Shown here: one piece after another, positions 36,633-49,700 of the stretch
Numbering within the stretch: the first letter of the stretch is position 1
Layout: every line of letters begins with the position of its first letter
Assembly (NCBI RefSeq): GCF_030684315.1
Contig: NC_081391.1
Location: forward strand, 13,121,342-13,185,341
DNA length: 64,000 bases
Origin: Stegostoma tigrinum
Taxonomy: Eukaryota
Direction of reading: 5' to 3'
Position numbers and translations under genes: made by a program
Notes under the pieces: model-generated
Databases searched by the model: none
What the model was told of the DNA's origin: nothing
The model's input: the letters and a program-made list of their open reading frames with translations, nothing else

Positions 36633-38660
36633 TGTGGCCTGGAGTACTGTCTGCCTGGTCTGAATGCATTCCCCACTTCACCCTGGCCAATCTGTCTCCT
36701 TCCAGGGAGAAAGGACTTGAAGCAAAGAATGTAATGGCTGTACCAGCTGAATGGAAATGAATAAAATGATCTCTTGATCTCAGTTACTGTGCATCATTTT
36801 GAGCCCATTGATACCTCTCTTTGGTCAAGCAAGCTTTCTTGCCTCACTTCACCACTGCTTTCCCCAACCCCCGTGGACAGACTCCAGGCCTATGGGAGCC
36901 AGTTCGAGTTCAAATGGGGCCTGTGACCTACCCTTAGTACAGCCATCAACTGGTGGCCCTGCTGACCAGTTCACTTTGTCACTGAAGTCTGCTGCTCCTC
37001 CCAGGGGCCCTTGGGTTTTTCTAAACTATCTTGGTTCAACTGCATCGATTTGTCTTTCCCCAGAAGGAATCCAAAATTCCTTCAAGTGGCTTCCTCAGTT
37101 TTTTGCTTTCTTTCCTTCGCCCCGGGCTCAGTCCCTCCCCATAACTGGAAGTCCACCAGCCCTGAGCTGGGGAAATTCAGCCCAAACATTCTGAACAGTC
37201 ACATTCCAGAGAATCCTCTCCAGTTTCTCTGGGGCTACTTGATTGACAGTGGATGCTCTTGATACCATAAATACAAGGATTGGTGACCTGGGGCTTGGAT
37301 GATAGCCCACGGTTCAAAATACTCACATTTGGTTTAAGCTTGCAGCTACAACTGGCCTCTGACTGTTGAAGGGTTTGTACAAAAAGCTGCTGCCTTGGTT
37401 CTTGGAACCTTTCTATGGGCTGATGAAATTTTTTTTGACCCAGTGAGGGAGCAGGGATTTCTGGCGAAGGTGGGGACTGTCTCCTTCAGTCAAGATGCCT
37501 GGACATGCTGATTTTCCTGTACAGCTGTTTCCTTGATCATTCAAGGTGTCCTATCATGGGTTAGGGAGGGGGTGATCAGAGACAGCCCAGAGATTGTCGT
37601 GAGTTTTCGCGCAAGTGCACACTGTAGCCTTTAGGGAGAGTGTGGGTCATTAAGGTGCTGAATATATTTGTTTTGTTTGCCCCATATCCCTCAACCATGC
37701 CTTTCCCTGGAAATCACCAAATGTCTTTTAACAACTGTAATTGCACCCACTTCTCCTGCTTCGTATAACAGCTCATTCTTTACATAAACCATTTTCTGTG
37801 GGAAAAGCTCTTCCACCCCCCCAACCCCACATGCCTGTGTGTGAAAACATTACCCCTACCACCTCTAGTTTTGGACTCCCCTACCATGTCCCAGCATGCT
37901 TTTTATATACAGTCAATCTGGAGTGTGCCAATGGCAAGGCTACATTTAGTGCTCACAACTGTTACACTTCAGGAGGTGGTGATGAGCTGGTTATTACAGT
38001 CCACCTGGTGTAGGAGAGACCGGAATGATGCTGCTGAGGAGGGGGGGCTTCTGGGATTTTCATTCACAAACAGGAATATTTTCCCAAGTCAGGATGGTGA
38101 CAGACTTACATGGAGCTCCATTGCGTGGTGTTGGTGCTGCCTCCAGCCAGAACATTGAAAACTGTTCCAGCATTACTCACTCCTAACTTCAGTCTTATTG
38201 ATGGTGGACCGGCTTTGGAAAGTTACAAGTTGTGTAATCACAACAGAATTCCCTGCCTCTGACTTCCCAATTTTTGAGTTGTTCACTCTACAGAATGCAA
38301 TGAAAACTGTAACAGATACTGTCACCTTGGAAACATGCTGGCGTTAAGCGCTGATTCAACTTCAACAATGTAAAACCAAACATGGAGACAGAAATGTTCA
38401 ACGTGCGATACGTTTCTAGCAGCAGCTGAGACTTAGAACCCTGAGGCCTACTGTGTATAAGAGGCACTCAGCACATTTAGCATCTTGCTTTTCAAACTGG
38501 GCTTCATGCGACCCTAAGTCACGCTGATCACAGCAGATTCAGAATGGATCTACAAAGGACATCGGTTGCCTGTATCAGACGATCCAAAAGCACGTTATTC
38601 TGTTGCTGCACAGAAATAGGAAAATGTTCATATCAACCAAATCAGGGCATTTTACAAAGA

Positions 38661-40119
38661 TGAGGATAGCAAAGGTCATTCCCCTGTTCAGAGGATAGCA
38701 AATGTGGTTCCCCTGTGCAAGAAGGGGAGTAGAGACAACCTGGTAATTGTAGACCAGTCAGCCTTACCTCAGTTGTTGGTAAAGTGTTGAAAAAGGTTAT
38801 AAGGGATAGGATTTATAATTATCTAGAAAAGAATAAATTGGTTAGGGATAGTCAGCACGGTTTTGTGAAGGGAAGGTCGTGCCTCACAAACCTTATTGAG
38901 TTCTTTCAGAAGGTGAGCAAACAGGTATTTGAGAGTAAACCGGTTGATGTGGTGCATATGGATTTCAGCAAGTCGTTCGATAAGGTTCGCCACAGTAGGC
39001 TATTGTACAAAATGCGGAGGAATGGAATTGTGGGAGATATAGCAGTTTGGATTGGAAATTGGCTTGCTGAAAAAAGACAGACGGTGGTAGTTGATGGAAA
39101 ATGTTCATCCTGGAGACCAGTTACTAGTGGTGTACTGCAAGGGTCGGTGTTGGGTCCACTGCTGTTTGTCATTTTTATAAATGACCTGGATGAGTTTGTA
39201 GAAGGATGGGTTAGTAAATTTGCAGACGACACTAAGGTCAGTGGAGTTGTGGACAGTGACGAAGGATGCTGTAGGTCGCAGAGAGACATCGATAAGCTGC
39301 AGAGCTGGGCTGAGAAGTGGCAAATGGAGTTTAATGCAGACAGGTGTGAGGTGATGCACTTTTGTAGGAGTAACTGGAAGGCAAAGTACAGGGCTAATGG
39401 TAAGATTCTTGGTGGTGTGGATGAGCAGAGAGATCTCGGTGTCCATGTACACAGATCCTTGAAAGTTGCCACCCAGGTTGACAGGGTGGTTTAGAAGGCA
39501 TACAACGTTTTGGCTTTTATTCATCGAGGGATTGAGTTCCAGAACCAAGAGGTTATGGCGAAGCTGTACAAAACTCTGGTTAGGCCGCACTTGGAGTATT
39601 GTGTACAGTTCTGGTCACCCCATTATAAGAAGGATGTAGAAGCTTTGGAAAGGGTGCAGAGGAGATTTACTAGGATGTTGCCTGGTATGGAGGGAAGGTC
39701 TTACGAGGAAATGCTGAGGGACTTGAGGCTGTTTTCATTCGAGAGAAGAAGGCTGAGAGGTGACTTAATTGAAACATATGAAATAATTAGAGGGTTGGAT
39801 AAGGAGAGCCTTTTTCCTAGGATGGTGACAGCGAGCACGAGGGGGCATTGCTTCAAATTGAGGTGTGAACGATATAGGACAGATTTCAGAGGTAGTTTCT
39901 CTACTCAGAGTAGTGAGGGAATGGAACGCTTTGCCTGCAACGGTAGTAGATTCACCAACTTGAGGTACATTTCAGTCGTCATTGGACGAGCATATGGACG
40001 TACATGGAATAGTGTAGGTTAGATGGGCTCCATATCGGTATGACTGGTCGGCACAACATCGAGGGCCGAAGGGCCTGTACTGTGCTGTAATGTTCTATGT
40101 TTTATGTTCTATATTCTAT
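38661..40119 (+). mobile_element. CR1 LINE (RT domain) in the distal promoter of copy 5 (paralogue of 12628-14077)
   Basis: ORF 38784-39494 contains GVLQGSVLGPLLF and KFADDTK; it ends at the same premature TAG as the copy 2 element; TTCTAT tail. Confidence 0.92.
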
Positions 40120-40303
40120 GGCTCCAACACCAACGTTCAAAAGTTATGACGACTATTCCCTCAGATTAACAATCCGACGAAATTGTGCAAATCTGTGATG
40201 ACTGAGTCTTAATGCACAACCTCAGATACACAAGTGAAGGTTTAGAGTATATTTTATTGTCATTTTCTGGCAAATACATTTACAGAATGTGCACTTGTAG
40301 AGG

Positions 40304-40491
40304 AGGTGAAAGGTCATTCAGCAATTCCATCATCGACCAGTTGTCAACTGTGATTCGTTTCTGGATCCAGTTCCCATCCTGCACTGATTGGACGTGGCAG
40401 CTGATCAACTGATCATCAAGAGTGATTGGCCATCACTGATGATGTCATTTCCTGCTTCATAAAAAGAGGGGCTGCCCCTGGGGTATAAATA
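40304..40491 (+). promoter_or_regulatory. Proximal promoter of copy 5 (DR1 variant AGGTGAAAGGTCA 40304-40316; TATAAATA 40484-40491)
   Basis: Same motif order as the other promoters. Confidence 0.7.
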
Positions 40492-40576
40492 GAGTCCCAC
40501 GGGAATGATGTTGATTGTTCTTCCTAATTTTGTTATTTTGGTGGTGAGGAGAATAAAAGAAATTTATTGTCACAAG

Positions 40577-43500
40577 ATGGCCTCCCAGATCAGTCAGAAC
40601 TATCACCAGGATTGTGAAGCTGCTGTCAACAAGCAGATTAATGTGGAGCTCACTGCCTCCTATCTCTATCAGTCTTTGGTGAGTGCTGTCTCTCGGGGTT
40701 AAACATATAAATCTGTTCTGTTGAAGTAAATTCTTTGCCTGGCCTCTAGTGAAGCTGACAATCTAGTAGATTGAGGTTTTGTGGCTCCTACCTAAATATC
40801 AGTTCAGGATAGAGGTGGTGTTACTATCACGATGGTGTAGGATACTGATGTATGTTAACTCAGGTCCCAGTTGGCCTTCAGTGGTATCTGGAGGGTAAAA
40901 GCCTCTTGCTTTTGTTTTCTTTCTGACACAAGTTTCCTGACTTCATTTGCCTGATCTCTGTGGTGGTCCTAAACAAACATGCTGATTTTTTTTAACACTG
41001 ACAATAACAATAACTTCCCTGTTGCAGTGGCCCTTGTTAGTCTGAACAAACCTGAGGCTAGTCTGTGACTGGTATCTATTTTATGTAGATCTCCTTCATT
41101 GAGGCTGACTTGGCTTTACTTGCATTTATTCAAGAGGTGGGTGTGGCCTATCCCGTTCCTACTGAGAGTAGATCTGCCGTGTGTGAGAAATGTTGGATCC
41201 CCTCTCTGCCCCCTCTCCTCCCCACCCCACACTGGGGCTGCGGGAATGTGGTGAGGCTATTAGCCCAGTGACATTGAAGAAATGGAGGTTGTTCCCATAT
41301 CATTTAGCTTGACCTAAAACAAAATGTCCCCGCTATCCTGTTGGTCATGTGACTGTGCCCTTCCAAGGAGTAGAATGTGCTTGGAAGGTATGTGTTGAAG
41401 TAACCTTGGTGAGTGCTGCAGGGGACCTGGTAGGTAATGGACCCTGAAAGGAGGTGGTGAATGCAGTCCCCATGAAGTGGGCTGCCCTGTCCTGGATGGT
41501 GTCTGCTTCTTGCATGTTGTAGCTCCCCTTCTACAGACACATGGGGAATATTTATCTCCCTCTGGGCTTGTGCCTATTGGAAGGAAGTTGTCTTGTAATG
41601 AGGACTAAGTCCCTATAAGCCTCACTTGGGAGGTGGGACCGCTTTATTGGTGAGCCAGTTGTTGGGGTTTAATCACTGTGTCCCAACTCAACTGGCACAT
41701 GCTTCCCAAGGATAAAATCCCGACTATCTTCTGCCACAACTTGTAACTACCCACTGAAACCACAGATATTTGCTTGCCTGAGTGTGGATTTGGATTTGAG
41801 GATTCAAGTAACTTTTCAGGAGTCCTTCCCCAGAATGTAACTCTTAGCTGATGCTTCCAATAGCGAGCATTAGCTCTTAAACCCTTACATCGAATTGTGA
41901 ACGTGACAGTTTAGCTATGAGTCACATGGGCTGAAAACCTACAGGATTTTTTGCCTGTTTGGGTAAAGTCAGGGCAAGTGTTTTTCCAGGTTACTGTTTT
42001 CACTAGTGACGTTATCTACAGGCCACTAATAGTTGACATTTGATCATTTGTTTTGCAATTTGTTTCAGTCATGTGACTTGGTGCAAGCTTTTGACAGCCT
42101 GAGTTTGCACTATTTAGGCAGAGCAATAACCCACTGCTGCAACGATCCAAAGGCTGTTACTGGGCAGGCTTTCCTCGGCATTATCTTAGTGCCAAACTCC
42201 AAACTGGAGACAGCACACCTTTGTAGAGTTCATGTGTACACTTACATCCCAATCTCGTTGATCCTGGGTTTGCAGAAAACATGCTCCCTACTAGTCGTTG
42301 ACTACAGCAGGGTTTCAACATCTTTTTTTCCAGTTTTCCCCAAAGGCAAAACATAGTACCTTGCGTCTTGTAGTTGAGAACTGGAATGGGGAGTGAGCCA
42401 GTGATGTCTGATGTAATTTTAACTTGATCTTCCAGATGTCCTACTTTGACCGGGACGATGTTGCCCTCGCCCATTTCTCCCGGTTCTTCAAAGATCAGTC
42501 CCAGGAGAAGCGGGAACATGTAGAAAAGCTGCTGAAATTCCAGAATCAGCGTGGAGGCCGAGTCCTCCTCCAGGATGTGAAGGTTGGGGTTGGGTGGTGG
42601 GGGAGTGCAGGGGGGAATGGCTGCTCTTGCGGTGTCATCTCCAGTGACAAGATTTTCAGATCCTGAGCGAGTGTGAGAAGTTCTTTTGCTTGGCTTCCCT
42701 GTTTGCTCTCCTCCATCTCCAGTGTTTCAGCATTTATGCAAGCCCTCTGGTCCACCAGGCCTATGCTGACCCAGCAAAGACCGAACTGTACTCACCCTGT
42801 TCTTGGTCCAGGCCCTACTATACCCTAGTGTTTAGCACTCGCCCAGCTAGTCCTTTAAACAGTGCTGCAGTAGCCATTTCCAGCACTTTGTTCTTCCGAT
42901 CCCCAACTCACCCACCAAATTTCCTCCAATCCCCTCTATCCTGCTTCCTCAAACCTGTGCCCTCTGGTCTTAGTGTCTGCCATGGGGAAGACATTTTCCC
43001 CATCTACTGTCCAGACTTCCTTGTCTTCCATCAAACAACCACCTCAGCCTCACCTGCTCAAAGGAAACCCCCCAGCCCATCCAATCTCTCTCCTCAATGG
43101 ATTTTCTGTCTTGGCGAAACAACCTGGGGACCCTCACCAGCACCCCCTGCAGTACCATCCTGTCCTTCTGACCAGTGAGGCCAACGATAGAATGCAGCAG
43201 AGGCCGGAAGAACAATTTTCATAAAATGTGTTCAAAGGACTTGTCCCTGTGCTGTTCCTCACAACCCTGCCCCAAACTAACACATGTTACTTGGCCTATG
43301 TCCCCTTTCACACACAGTTTGCCTTGTGTGAGCATTGAGGGATCGATGATCCTGTGTTTATTGTAAGCACTTTACTGCCCCCCACAATGAATTCAAGTAA
43401 TGATGGTTCTGACCATGCTGCTCGGGCATGTATGAGGCCACAAGCACAAGTGAGACTTGAACCTCAGCCTTGTCAACCGAAGCTTGGGACACGACCGCTA

Positions 43501-44735
43501 CTTCCCCCACAGCCCTTGGGATTCACTCCTGAATATCCTTTTTAAGACTCCAGCAGATGGACACTAGTGCAAATGACTAATCTGGTACATATTTATTCCC
43601 TGTGGTACAAGGATATGTTCCTGAGCTTCCGGCTTCAGGTCAAGGATAAATGGGGCAAGGTGAAAGGAGTCACCAAGTAGCTAATGTTTTCTTTATCTGG
43701 ACTTCAGGGATGGCACACTGGCTCAGTGGTTGGCACTGTTGACTCAGTGCCAGGGGCACCAGTTTGGTTCTGGCCTGTGACAAGAATTTAAACGTTATCC
43801 CAAAGCATGGCTTCCCCACACAGTAGAAAAGAGGATTGGCAACTTGAAATGCAGGTTACACGAACAGGGTGGGAATGGGACCAGATGGGATGCTCTTCAG
43901 CAGTTATGGTCTCAATGGGGTGAATGGCCAGTTCCCATGCTGCAGGGATTCTGTTTCTGAAGCTTACCTGTCCTTCTCTCCATCCCCAGAAGCCAGAGAG
44001 GGATGACTGGGGTAACAGTCTGCAGGCAATGCAGGTTGCCCTGAATCTGGAGAAGAATGTGAACCAGAGTTTGCTGGATCTACACCAACTCGCCACAGCA
44101 CAGACTGACCCTCATGTAAGCTTCACCTCCTCATTCACATCACTGCTAGACCCTCAGGGTAACATTTCATCGGTTGGTCTGTGTGGATTGGAAATTCACT
44201 GATGTAACACTTTCCATCCATTACTTTCCTGAACTATTGTAACATTGTAATCAGTATGATCCCAAGTGATCAATGAGGTATAAGGGGAATTTGATCTATA
44301 ATCTAGTGGAAGTGCTGAAATGACGTTGGCCACTGAGTTCTTCATTAGTATCATTGCAGTGGAATGATCATTGTCCATCACAATCCAACTCAGCTCCATT
44401 TCACAAACAGCAAGATGCAGCAGCTGACATGTTGTCCTCACTGGCACAAATTCACCAGGTGTTAGCTCGCTTTTCAGGGCTGTCCAGAGCTAGTCATGGC
44501 TAAGTCTGTCTTGCAGAGGGAATTCTGAAATTGTCTTGGATAGTATAAATGTACCAAGTGTCATATTCCTCTGTTGCAGCTGTGTGACTTCCTGGAGACT
44601 CACTATTTGGATGAGGAGGTGGAGATCATCAAGCAACTCGGGGACTACATCACCAACCTGAAGCGCCTGGGAGCCCCTGAGAATGGGATGGGAGAGTACC
44701 TGTTTGACAGGCTCTCCCTGGAGGACAGCAGTTAG
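40577..44735 (+). CDS. Ferritin subunit, copy 5 (type B'), intact 176 aa: exons 40577-40678, 42436-42582, 43990-44115, 44580-44735
   Basis: Open spliced frame, GT-AG introns; EHAEK>EHVEK, RDDWG, ALNLEK. Usual polyA hexamer is AATCAA (44863-44868); ATTAAA at 44911-44916. Confidence 0.92.
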
Positions 44736-46760
44736 TGTGGCCTGGAGTACTGTCTGCTTGGTCTGAATGCATTCCCCACTTCACCCTGGGCAATCTGGCT
44801 CCATCCAGGGAGAAGGGACTTGTAGCAAACAATGTAATGGCTGTACCAGCTGAATGGGAATGAATCAAATGTATTGATGTTGCTTATTGTCCATCATTGA
44901 GACCCTTGATATTAAAGAGCTTTTGAGAGCTTCAAGCCTGTAATTTTGGCTAATGAAATTATCAATAATTTGACAAAATATTTCCCTGGTCTTCTCTCCA
45001 ACACACCCCCGCCTCAGTCTCGGAAATCCCGAGGAACTTCCTCTGTTATGAATCAAAGTTATTCCTCCAGCCAGAGCATGAGGTTGGGGCCTGTGGGGTG
45101 TAAAATCACTTTGTACTATTATCTCACACCCAGGAATGATGAATACACGTGCAGCTAAAATTTTGTATTGTTTTCAAAAGAGAAAACACGCCTGCATGTG
45201 CAAAAGAAAGACTTGACACCCACTTTCAGAGAAACAGGGCTGTTGGATGCTTATTTTCATGTCTAGCTTGCATAGCAATAGCTTCCCTGTCAACCTCCAC
45301 CAACCTAGACTGATGCTGAAGTCAACTGAAATCACAAGTTGATGCCAACATAAATTATGTGCTGGCTGGCTCAGCTTTCCTCAACAAGAGCTTAAGGGAA
45401 GAGATCCATCAGCGACCCCCTCTCTAGCCTTGTGGAGGAGCCAGCAATGCTGGGAGCAATAATATTAAACTTAGCAACTGGGATCTGCCACACCTGGTCT
45501 GTTCTACTCCAATCATTTTTATTACTTTGTGCTGAGAGTGCATCCTAGAACTTGAGGTTGGGGCCTGTGGGCAGGAAAATCACTTTTTGCTATTATCTCA
45601 CAGCACGTACAATGAATACACATGCAGTTAAGATTCTCGGTGAGCCAGTTGAGGTTCAAGCCAAGACCAGCCGTGTGCCCTGCTGACCACCGCCACCAAC
45701 TGCCTGCCTCAGGACAGCCATCAGCAGTTGCTCACAGTGACCAGTTCATTTGTTCCTTCGCCTGAGGAATATGTGCTGCTCTCCCCGGGGATGTGGATTA
45801 AATACCCATTGTAGCTCGACAAGAGAATTCACACGGGGGGAACCGTTTCCCATGAGTAATCCAAAGCTGTCCTAATGTGGCTTTGCTCAGTTTACTTCCT
45901 TGCTCTCTGCCAAGTCTTGGTCAAAAACCCCACCACGCCTAGTAATAAACTTCAGGCCGGCCAGCCCAGAGCTGGGAATATTCAGCCCAAGTCTGCTTGA
46001 AAAAATTCACCTGAGCTGGATGCACTTAATGGCACCTACAGCAGGATAATAGTGACCTGGGAATAACACAGCAACGCTCCTGGTTAAATGCTGCCATTTG
46101 ATTGGCTCTTGCTGCTAAAGCCAGCATTGAGCCCACTAAGCTGCTCCCTTGGTTCCTCTGAGCTTCCCCCACGGGGAGGGTTACTCCTGATGCAGGTTGA
46201 TTTCACCCGATCACATTGAAGGAGCAGTGTGACTCAGGGAGGAGAACTGGAGATGCTGACTTTCCTGAATGGCTGCTTCCTTTATCTTTCGAGGTGTCAG
46301 AGATCGTGGTTTAGGGTGGGGGCTGTCAGAGACATCCTGGGGAATGTTTCAGGGAGTTTTGTAGCGAGTGCACACTGCAGCCTTCACTGAGGTGTGGGTC
46401 TTTAAGGCACTGAATGTATTTGTTCCACCACATAAAGTGTTTTATTTTAAACAATCTTGAGTCTTGGCTGTAGAATCTGTGAATCCGTGCAGTGCAGGAA
46501 GAGTTTGTTCAGCCCATTTAGTCTGCACTGATCCTCTGTCCTCTGAACAGCATCTTGTTCAGACACACCCTGTCTTCTTGCCCCCATCTTTCTATCCCAC
46601 AGCCATTGCAAAGTAAACTGCATGTCTCTGGACTGTGGGAGGAAAGGAACCCACACAGACACGGGGACGATGTGCAGCCTCGTCAGAGTCGCCCATGACT
46701 GAAAGTAACAAAAACAGGAGCAGGTGGTGAGAAAAGTAAAGCAAGCTTTTCCTTTATAAG

Positions 46761-49700
46761 ATGAGTTCCCAGATCAGTCAGAACTGTCACCAGGATTGTG
46801 AAGCTGCTGTCAAAAGGCAGATTAATGTGGAGCTCACTGCCTCCTATCTCTATCAGTCTTTGGTGAGTGCTGTCCCTGTGGGGTTAAAACTTGATCTATG
46901 ATGTTGAAGTAAATGGTTTCTCTTGAATTTAATTAACTGGACCCTCTCTCTTTGTAGATTGAGTTTTGTAGTCCTTTCCTAAATATTAATTCAGGATAAG
47001 GGCAATGTTACTATACCAATGGAGTTTGATAATGATGTACTCTGAAGCTGGGTCCCAGTTGGGCTTCAGAGATATGTGGAGGATGAAGTGTCCCTGGAGA
47101 AATTTGCCAGTTTGGTGTTTGAATTGGCAGTAGATGTCATTCCCTCTAAGATTACCAAATGTTGGTAGGGTTACTTCAGAAAGGTATTATATTGATCAGA
47201 CTGTGGGACTAGAATCACCCACTGGCTAGTTACCCTCTTTCTGACAGGTTTAAGTATCTGATTTTATATTTGCTTGCTTTTGTGGTGATACTTAAATATC
47301 AATTCTGATATTGACAATGATAATTCCCTATTGCAGTCTGCTGTGGCTAATCTGAGCAAACCGACTTGAGGTTAGGCTGTGAGTGACTGGTATCTGACTT
47401 TTTAAAGTAGATCTCAGATGAGGCCTGCTTGGCATTTTGCACTCTCATCATGAGATGGGTGTGGCCTATCCCTGAACCTGTAGAAAGTTGATCTGCTTTA
47501 GTGTGTGGCGTGTTGAAGCTTCTGCAAACCATGTTTGCCTCCTGCCCCCTCACCCACACCCTGCATCCCCTCGAGCTGCTGGAGTCTGAGATTCATGGTC
47601 CAGTCTCTATGCCATCCTGATAGGGAACAAACTGTCCCCTTTAGCCAGGTGGCAGTGAACCTGTAACTTTCCAATGGGTAGAATGTTTCAGACAGTAGGA
47701 ACAGCGGATGCTGGAGAATCTGAGATAACAAGGTGCAGAGCTGAATGAACACAGCAGGCCAAGCAGCATCAGAGGAGCAGGAAGGCTGATGTCTTGGGGC
47801 ATGACCCTTCAGAAGGTGGGCCTAGGCCCAAAACAGCAGCCTTCCTGCTCCTCTGCTTGGCCTGATGTGTTCATCCAGCTCTACATCATCGTATCTCAAG
47901 GGGTAGAATGTGTTTGGAAGGTGTGTGTTGAAGTAACCTTGGTGAGTGCTGCAGGGGACCTGGTAGATAATGGACCCTGAAAGGAGGTGGTGAATGCAGT
48001 CCCCATGAAGTGGGCTGCTCTGTCCTGGATGGTGTCTGCATCTTGAATGTTGTAGCTCCACCTCCACAGACACATGGAGAATCTTCTTCACTCTCAGCTT
48101 TTGTCTGTTAGAAAGAAGATGCCTCATGACAGATGGATGAAGCCCGTATAAACTCCATTTGGGAGGTGGGTACAGCTTTCATTGGTGAGCCAGTTGACGG
48201 GTTTTAATTACTGACCAGGGTCCCAATTCCCTTGGGGAACACGTGTGCCAATTATAAAATCCTTCCTATTCTCTCCTGCCACAGCTTGTTCCTACCCCGT
48301 TAAACAGACAAGAAATTTTGTTTGACTGCTTCTACATGAAGACAATAACTTCCCACCAGGCTTCCTCGACAACAAAACTCTTAGCTCCTGTTTCAAATAT
48401 CAGAAGAATAGCCCTTCATAAACCTCAAGGCATTGGATTGTGAATATCTCGGTTCGGAAGTGAGTCACATGTGGGTGGACAAACAACAGAACGGTGCCAG
48501 CTGGGATAAGCCAAACTTTGTTGTCCAGCTTTGTGTTAACTAGTGACGTTAGATCAGCCATTATCTGTAGATACAGGTCACATTGGTTCTTTCTCTCCAA
48601 TGTTTGACCTTCCCTCAGTTTGATTCAATTTGTTTTGTTCATGTGACCCTTGTTCTCCCCCTTCTGGATGTGAGTGCACTAATTTTAGTGTGCTATAAAC
48701 TATAACTGCAACAATCCAGAGGCAGTTACTGGGTAGGTTTTCCTTTGCACTATCTTGTTGTCGCTTTCTCTCATTCGCCTCTATTATATCTTGTAGTCAT
48801 AAAATATACCGTACATTCAATCTCCCTGGTTTTGAGGCCACAGAAACCTTGCTTCCTCCTGGTTATATTGTTACAGCAGTGTCTAACATGTATTTCCATG
48901 CCAGCCCCAAAGGAGCAATAGTGTTACAGCTCCCCTACTCAAGTATAGCCTGCACTCCAGCTCCTGGTGCTTGTTTCAGCTGTTTGTTTGGCACTAATAT
49001 TGTCCAATTCTAATGAAGGTTCGTGAGTGCAAACATGGCTGGATACAAGAAGAGCTATAATGCTGTGCCAGGCAGCCTGAGCAATTTACTGTTTGTTTTA
49101 AGCCAAACTTTTGCCAGTTTCCAACAGGAAATTGGGATTGTTCTGTTTGATCCCAGTTGAAGGATCTGCTGGACAGCTGGACATCATTGGGTTCTCAAAC
49201 ATGTTCACATACCAGGCAGTTAGTTTGCTGCAGAAGGCTGAACTAGAATTTGGAGTCAGTGCTGTGTTTAATGGGCTTTAACATGTTATCTCCCTTCCAG
49301 ATGTCCTACTTTGACCGGGATGATGTGGCCCTCCCCCACTTCTCCAGGTTCTTCAAAGATCAGTCCCGGGAGAAGCAGGAACATGCAGAGAAGCTGCTGA
49401 AATTCCAGAATCAGCGTGGAGGCCGAGTCCTCCTCCAGGATGTGAAGGTTGGAGTTGGGTGGGAGGGTTGCAGCTGTGGAGGAGAGAATGGCAGCTCTTG
49501 TGGTGCTGCTTCCTGTTGGGATGTGAAAATCCTATTTTGGCCTGGCTTCCCTGTTTGATTTCTTTTGAAGGCAGTTTCTAAACAAGCCCTATTGTCCACC
49601 ATGTCTATGCTGCCCACAAACATCAAACTAGATTAACACAATTTCCTGCACTTAGTCCACAGCCGACTATCTTCTGGCATGAAGAAGTTGTTGAGATTAG

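Larger units (their letters stand above)
31430..46700 (+). repeat. Segmental duplicate of ~4734-20590 (two-gene A+B unit, offset ~26-26.7 kb)
   Basis: Colinear introns, spacers and shared CR1 insertions between copies 1/4 and 2/5. Confidence 0.9.

Noticed and set aside
38784-40022. Reverse-transcriptase ORFs next to ferritin genes as a linked or domesticated RT system
   Set aside because: 5'-truncated CR1 copies with a premature stop and frameshifts, present in only some units, with empty sites visible in paralogues.
45547-45640. Diverged ~90-bp local duplicate of 45073-45160, absent at the paralogous site ~19510
   Set aside because: Ordinary indel history in spacer DNA with no sign of function.
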